IMG/VR virus record: IMGVR_UViG_3300021368_002114
Location: 1,258 to 65,257 of that record
DNA: 64,000 nt
Reading direction: 5' to 3' (one strand)
DNA from: a virus
Lineage: Duplodnaviria; Caudoviricetes
A model generated the notes under the pieces. That model was given only the letters and a program-made list of their open reading frames with translations. It ran no database searches and was not told the DNA's origin. Positions 59,205 to 64,000 of the stretch are shown in pieces. Position numbers and translations under genes: made by a program. The stretch's first letter is position 1. Each line of letters opens with the position of its first letter.

Positions 59205-60026
59205 TTGAGTTTAAGAAATTTACTTACCGAAGCAGTAGTTGTCGATTCAATGTATGATATCGAAGAACAACTATTGAACATTAAAGAAACTATTTTAGAA
59301 CAAATGATTATCGAGGGTGTTGATGACCCTGGTATACTCAAATGTGTTTTCATGGCAGGTGGACCTGGTTCAGGTAAATCATTTACTGCCATGGAAATTT
59401 TCGGTATTGATAAAAAACTCAAAACATCATTCTCATCAACTGGTCTAAAATCAGTAAATTCAGATTCTGCATTTGAGGCTGGGTTGAGGAAGAATGGTAT
59501 TAACCCAAAAGATTTGTCAAGAATCGAAAAAGAAGAGCCAGAACTATGGGATAAAATTACTGCAACACCAGGTGGTATCAGAGATAAAGCAAAACAACTA
59601 ACTGCTAAACAAAAGAAGTTTTATGAAGCAGGTAGATTAGGAATGATTATCGATGGTACTGGTCATGTGTACAGTAAGATTCAGAAGAATAAGAAATACG
59701 CTGAATCACTAGGTTATGATACTTACATGGTATTCGTTAATACTTCACTCGAAGTAGCTCAAGAAAGAAACAAACAGAGAGATAGAGTTTTACCAGATGA
59801 TTTATTAGAAAAATCTTGGAAAGATGTTCAAAACAATTTAGGTAAATTTCAAAACTTATTCGGAGGAAACTTTAGGATTGTAGATAATACAGTTTACAAA
59901 CCTATTGCAAAGGAAGTTCAAAAAGCAGTAAATAAATTCGTAAGAAAACCAATATACAATCCAATCGGTAAAAAATGGATTCAAACTGCAAGAGCATTGA
60001 AAAAAAATAAACTTATAAATAAATAA
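59205..60026 (+). CDS. P-loop kinase (zeta-toxin / AAA_33-like)
   Basis: MAGGPGSGKS, VNSD, IIDGTG, VFVNTSLEVA.ERN..R; TTG start with AAGGAG. Confidence 0.8.
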   Translation: MSLRNLLTEAVVVDSMYDIEEQLLNIKETILEQMIIEGVDDPGILKCVFMAGGPGSGKSFTAMEIFGIDKKLKTSFSSTGLKSVNSDSAFEAGLRKNGINPKDLSRIEKEEPELWDKITATPGGIRDKAKQLTAKQKKFYEAGRLGMIIDGTGHVYSKIQKNKKYAESLGYDTYMVFVNTSLEVAQERNKQRDRVLPDDLLEKSWKDVQNNLGKFQNLFGGNFRIVDNTVYKPIAKEVQKAVNKFVRKPIYNPIGKKWIQTARALKKNKLINK

Positions 60027-60160
60027 TGGGATTACACTTAGGTGGACATTTTAAGGAAGTTAAGAAAAAACGTCCTGGTGTTCATGCAAAAACCAAAACA
60101 TCACGAAGTAAAAACGCTAAACACTATAAAAAAGTGTATCGTGGTCAAGGAAGAAGATAA
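60026..60160 (+). CDS. Small basic phage peptide (44 aa)
   Basis: Hand-translated ...KKRPGVHAK...YKKVYRGQGRR; TAATG-coupled. Confidence 0.7.
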   Translation: MGLHLGGHFKEVKKKRPGVHAKTKTSRSKNAKHYKKVYRGQGRR

Positions 60161-60170
60161 TTACTATTAA

Positions 60171-60815
60171 ATGATTTATTCTACAATGTGTGTAGGTACA
60201 GAATGGTGTACTAAATACGCAGAAAATATAAATGGATTTGCAAAACATAATAAAGTTTATGTATTAACTGATAATCCATCTTATTTTAATAACTGTAATT
60301 ATATACAATATAAACGAGATGTATTTAGTTATTATGAAAAAATAAATCTGATAACAAATCTTCTACAAACTTATAAGGAAAGAATTACCTATGTAGATGT
60401 AGATTTGTTATCGAGTATTAACACCGAGTTTGTTTACGATTCTGATAACTTATATACCTACGATGTATATGATTCAAATGATGGGAGGATAACAAAGTAT
60501 TTTGGTGAATACGAAAAAAGTAAAATACTTGAAGTTTTTTCAAATATAAATCTTAGTAATCTTCCAAATTTTTACATCGATGAAAAAATTATTTCTCTTC
60601 CTTACTTAGATAAGTTAAGTGATATCATAGAGGATATAAACACTTTACAGCCATTATTAGAAGATTTACTTGGTTCAGTACCAATGAATGAAAATTTAGG
60701 TAGATATAGTAAAGTAGGTATCGGATATGGTGAGGGCTGGGTATTAAATGCTATATGTTCAAAATATAATATTCATGCAAAATCATTTGATTGGATAAAA
60801 AAAACTATCATTTAG
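60171..60815 (+). CDS. GT-A-like protein
   Basis: VLTDNP, YVDVD; similar to 53637..54341. Confidence 0.5.
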   Translation: MIYSTMCVGTEWCTKYAENINGFAKHNKVYVLTDNPSYFNNCNYIQYKRDVFSYYEKINLITNLLQTYKERITYVDVDLLSSINTEFVYDSDNLYTYDVYDSNDGRITKYFGEYEKSKILEVFSNINLSNLPNFYIDEKIISLPYLDKLSDIIEDINTLQPLLEDLLGSVPMNENLGRYSKVGIGYGEGWVLNAICSKYNIHAKSFDWIKKTII

Positions 60816-60867
60816 GTTTGTTTTTTCTTATTTTATTATATTTAATTCCATATAACATTTATTTGAT

Positions 60868-61029
60868 ATGGGAAAATTAGTAGAAGAAATAGGAAGAATT
60901 TGTAATATTCTTGAAGATTCAATAGAGGAACAAGACTGGAGTTTAGTTCGTAAATGTACAGAAGATTTAGATAACCTCTACAATGAATTAGATAAACAAG
61001 AAAGTGGATTTGGATACACATACGATTAA
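60868..61029 (+). CDS. Small acidic helical protein (53 aa)
   Basis: Hand-translated MGKLVEEIGRIC...GYTYD. Confidence 0.55.
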   Translation: MGKLVEEIGRICNILEDSIEEQDWSLVRKCTEDLDNLYNELDKQESGFGYTYD

Positions 61030-61040
61030 TAATCATTTCA

Positions 61041-61181
61041 ATGCATAAAACACAAAGAACACTTGTAAAAGAGTTTAACGAAAAGTACAATTCTGCAGCT
61101 ATGAGATTAAATATGGAGGAGCAGGGTTGGAAGTACATCGGAAAAAAGGGAAAAAACCCTATTTTTAGTATTATTTATTAA
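61041..61181 (+). CDS. Small hypothetical protein (46 aa)
   Basis: Hand-translated MHKTQRTLVKEF...FSIIY. Confidence 0.45.
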   Translation: MHKTQRTLVKEFNEKYNSAAMRLNMEEQGWKYIGKKGKNPIFSIIY

Positions 61182-61246
61182 AAATAATTCACTTTTTGCT
61201 TGGCATTCTCGGCTTTTATCCGTATATTTACTATGTAAATAATTAA
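61181..61246 (+). repeat. 66-bp promoter-containing repeat, copy B (early promoter copy 7)
   Basis: 61 of 66 nt identical to 47391..47456. Confidence 0.9.
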
Positions 61247-61257
61247 AACGTTAAAAC

Positions 61258-63366
61258 ATGAGTAAATTCACTTCTTCATTTTGGTACGATGACTTCGAAA
61301 CAGATGATATCATCGTTGACCAACTATCCGATACAGAAAAGAAATCCTTAGATTTATACAAGTTGGCATCATCCAAGAGGGCGATATCTAACTTCGTTAA
61401 CATCGTAACTAACGAATCAATACCTGTTAAGTTCAAAGAGAGGGGTGATTCTTATACTGATGGTAAATCAGTTGTTATTGGTAGTAGGATTACAGAACCA
61501 AAAGATTTCGATGTGGCTGTAGGTTTGGCTCTTCACGAAGGTTCTCACATCAAACTCTCAGATTTCAAATTACTTCATGATATTTACAGTTTAATACCTG
61601 AATATGTAAAGGATGGTTCTATTAAAAAAGGTATAAACAGTCCAGTTGGTATTGTAAAAGACCTTTGGAACTATGTAGAGGATAGAAGAATTGATAACTT
61701 CGTATTCAAATCAGCTCCTGGTTATAGAGATTATTACAGAAAGATGTACGATAAGTACTTCAATGATAGAGTGATTGATAAGGCGTTATTATCTGATGAA
61801 CATACTGATGAAACTATCGAATCTTATATGTTCAGAATTATCAACTTACACAATAAAAATACTCAACTTTCGGCTCTGAAAGGTTTGAGAGAAATTTACA
61901 AAATAATTAATCTTAAAAATATTTCTAGACTTAAAGACTCAAAAGATTCTTTCGATGTGGCTCTTGAAATATTCCAAGTAATACTAAAAAACCTTTCAGT
62001 TTCACAAACTGATGATACACAAGAACAACAGAATGGTGGTAATGGTGAAGGTTCTCCTTCCAATGAACAAGGTTCTGATGATGGACAGGGTGGTTCTGAT
62101 GATGGTACAATGAGTGATGAAGAGTTTGAAGAATTTTCAAACAACATTCTAAATGGTACTTCACCAATGGGTGGTTCTGATGAAACTCCTACTGGTGGTA
62201 GTGGTATGAATGTTGAGAATTTACCTGATAACATGGAAGGCGGTAAACCAACAGAAGATAACTCACCATCAAAATCTTCAGTTCAACTTTCAGATAGACA
62301 AAAAGATTTACTTAAAAAGAAGATTGAAAAACAAAAGAAATTCTTGGATGGTGATATCCAAAAAACTTCTATTACTAAAACAGATTCAAAAAATCTAAAT
62401 GCGATTGAGGAATCTGGTTCCGAACTTAAAGAAGTTGGTAAAAATTATGATAGTGGTTACTATGGAAACCAATCTGTTCAATGTATTGTTGTTAAGAAAC
62501 TAACAAGAGGTTTATGGGAATCGGAATTATTTCCAATGACTTCTAATAACTATTGGAATCCTAAAACTGAAGGACCTGTTAGAATGCACTACCAAGATTC
62601 AGTTGATGATGGTATCAAACTTGGTTCAATGTTAGGTAAGAAACTTCAAGTAAGAGGTGAAGATAGAACAACAGTTTTCAACAGACAGAAAGTTGGTAGA
62701 ATCGATAAGAGAATGATTTCATCTCTTGGATTTGGTAACGAGAATGTTTTCCAATTTACTGAGATTGATTCTTACAAGAAGGCTAACATTCACATATCAG
62801 TAGATGCAAGTTCATCTATGGGTGGTAGTAAATGGGAGAAAACAATGACTAATGTAGTTGCTATCTGTAAGGCAGTTGATATGATTCCTAACTTACAAGT
62901 TCAAGTAACTTTCAGATGTACTCAAGATAACAAACCTTACATCGTAATGGCTTACGATTCAAGAGTAGATAAGTTCTCTAAAGTAAAACAAATGTTCGGT
63001 GGATTAGGACCAAATGGTACAACACCAGAGGGATTATGTTTCGAGGCGATTATGAAGGAGTTCGTTCCAATCAACAACGACTTAGATTCTTACTTCTTAA
63101 ATGTTTCCGATGGACAACCTTACTATGGTGGACCTGGTTTCTACTACTCTGGTGATAGAGCTGAAAGGCACACCAACAAAATGGTGAAGATGATTGAAGG
63201 AATGGGAATCCAAACTTTGGCTTATTTCATCGGTGATTATATATCAGAAGATAGTTACGATGCAAAAGCCTTTAGAACAATGTATGGTAAAGGTGCTAAG
63301 ATGATTGATGTAACAAATGTTAATCAGATAACTAAAACAATGAATCAATTATTTTTACAAAAATAA
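61258..63366 (+). CDS. CobT-like protein: HEXXH peptidase-like N-domain, acidic linker, C-terminal VWA domain
   Basis: LHEGSH, NYVEDRRID, VDASSSM (MIDAS), GTTPEG, SDGQP. Confidence 0.82.
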   Translation: MSKFTSSFWYDDFETDDIIVDQLSDTEKKSLDLYKLASSKRAISNFVNIVTNESIPVKFKERGDSYTDGKSVVIGSRITEPKDFDVAVGLALHEGSHIKLSDFKLLHDIYSLIPEYVKDGSIKKGINSPVGIVKDLWNYVEDRRIDNFVFKSAPGYRDYYRKMYDKYFNDRVIDKALLSDEHTDETIESYMFRIINLHNKNTQLSALKGLREIYKIINLKNISRLKDSKDSFDVALEIFQVILKNLSVSQTDDTQEQQNGGNGEGSPSNEQGSDDGQGGSDDGTMSDEEFEEFSNNILNGTSPMGGSDETPTGGSGMNVENLPDNMEGGKPTEDNSPSKSSVQLSDRQKDLLKKKIEKQKKFLDGDIQKTSITKTDSKNLNAIEESGSELKEVGKNYDSGYYGNQSVQCIVVKKLTRGLWESELFPMTSNNYWNPKTEGPVRMHYQDSVDDGIKLGSMLGKKLQVRGEDRTTVFNRQKVGRIDKRMISSLGFGNENVFQFTEIDSYKKANIHISVDASSSMGGSKWEKTMTNVVAICKAVDMIPNLQVQVTFRCTQDNKPYIVMAYDSRVDKFSKVKQMFGGLGPNGTTPEGLCFEAIMKEFVPINNDLDSYFLNVSDGQPYYGGPGFYYSGDRAERHTNKMVKMIEGMGIQTLAYFIGDYISEDSYDAKAFRTMYGKGAKMIDVTNVNQITKTMNQLFLQK

Positions 63367-63377
63367 TTAAGAAAATG

Positions 63378-63420
63378 CTTGGATATATGGATTTTTTTTC
63401 GTATATTTACTATGTAAATA
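63378..63420 (+). promoter_or_regulatory. Bacteroidota-type early promoter, copy 8
   Basis: CTTG-N20-TATATTTACTATGTAAATA upstream of ATG 63454. Confidence 0.85.
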
Positions 63421-63453
63421 AATAATAATTAATAACTCTTAAAACTATAAAAT

Positions 63454-64000
63454 ATGAATTTAGAAATTAAACAAGGTTACGTTCCAACTGAAGTTTATAA
63501 AGTTGAACAATTTGGTAACACATTCAAACTAATCGATTCACAAGGTGTGAAGGTTGGTACACTCGGTGCAACTACCGGTGTAAGGAAATCGGCATTCAAT
63601 AAAGGAATGGCTGTTCAAGCTTATATCAACAAGAATGGTAAGAAATCTTACAGAAAAGTTGATATGGATGTGTATAACGCTTTGGTTATTCCAATGAATA
63701 CCGATAATGGTGGTGTTCAGTTCGAAGATAAGAATGACCATACGGCGATTAAAGATTTTATCCACAAAGGTTCAGTATCTCTTAAACCAACTGAATTGGT
63801 TATGGAAGAACTAAAGTGGAAATACCTTATCAGAAGTGCTGTTAGGGCTAAAAATATTATGATGACCGGTCCGAGTGGATGTGGTAAAACTATGGCTTCC
63901 AAGGCTCTTGTGAAGGCATTAGATAGACCAGATTTCTATTTCAACCTTGGGGCTACTCAAGACCCAAGAGCTACTTTGATTGGTAATACTCACTTTGATA
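63454..64000 (+). CDS. MoxR/CbbQ/CobS-like AAA+ ATPase, truncated by the window end
   Basis: Hand-translated NIMMTGPSGCGKT...FNLGATQDPRATLIGNT; adjacent to the VWA gene. Confidence 0.85.
   Translation, partial: MNLEIKQGYVPTEVYKVEQFGNTFKLIDSQGVKVGTLGATTGVRKSAFNKGMAVQAYINKNGKKSYRKVDMDVYNALVIPMNTDNGGVQFEDKNDHTAIKDFIHKGSVSLKPTELVMEELKWKYLIRSAVRAKNIMMTGPSGCGKTMASKALVKALDRPDFYFNLGATQDPRATLIGNTHFD

Noticed and set aside
60817-60845. Ninth early promoter (TTTG...TATATTTA)
   Set aside because: Spacing is 16 rather than 20 nt and the conserved CG is absent.

Overview
AT-rich, densely coding window with essentially all real genes on the + strand and the standard genetic code. It is best read as part of a large T4-like (myovirus-type) dsDNA phage genome infecting Bacteroidota. 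Eight copies of a Bacteroidota-type -33/-7 promoter (TTG-N20-TATATTT[A/G]) support the host call, along with a DUF4494-like gene and a Bacteroidota-style TonB-dependent receptor. Layout: (1) replication block at 1-17.5 kb with PolB, GroEL, sliding clamp, DNA methyltransferase, clamp loader, an inserted TonB receptor and an exonuclease; (2) glycosylation island at 17.6-30.4 kb with about 10 glycosyltransferase-like genes, glf, ugd, an epimerase and groES; (3) a 9.7 kb operon at 30.4-40.1 kb of almost exclusively secreted, lipo- or membrane proteins: two CsgG-like proteins, two cohesin/dockerin-like proteins (one with tandem PA14-like domains) each followed by a lipoprotein resembling a free-standing T9SS sorting domain, and a low-complexity stalk protein. 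This operon is the best candidate for an undescribed phage-encoded cell-surface assembly system. (4) Late and accessory region at 40-61 kb with degenerate Hint-like proteins, probable capsid-packaged proteins, lysis genes and tailoring enzymes (radical SAM, CysC, SET-like, sulfotransferase, 2OG oxygenases, amidinotransferase), many ending in a shared K-x-hydrophobic-hydrophobic tail; (5) a VWA/MoxR-AAA pair running off the end. Further signals: apparent absence of GATC, a second ATA[T/C]TTATA promoter class, and Shine-Dalgarno use largely restricted to putative late genes. All family calls are by eye from motifs; no database searches were run.
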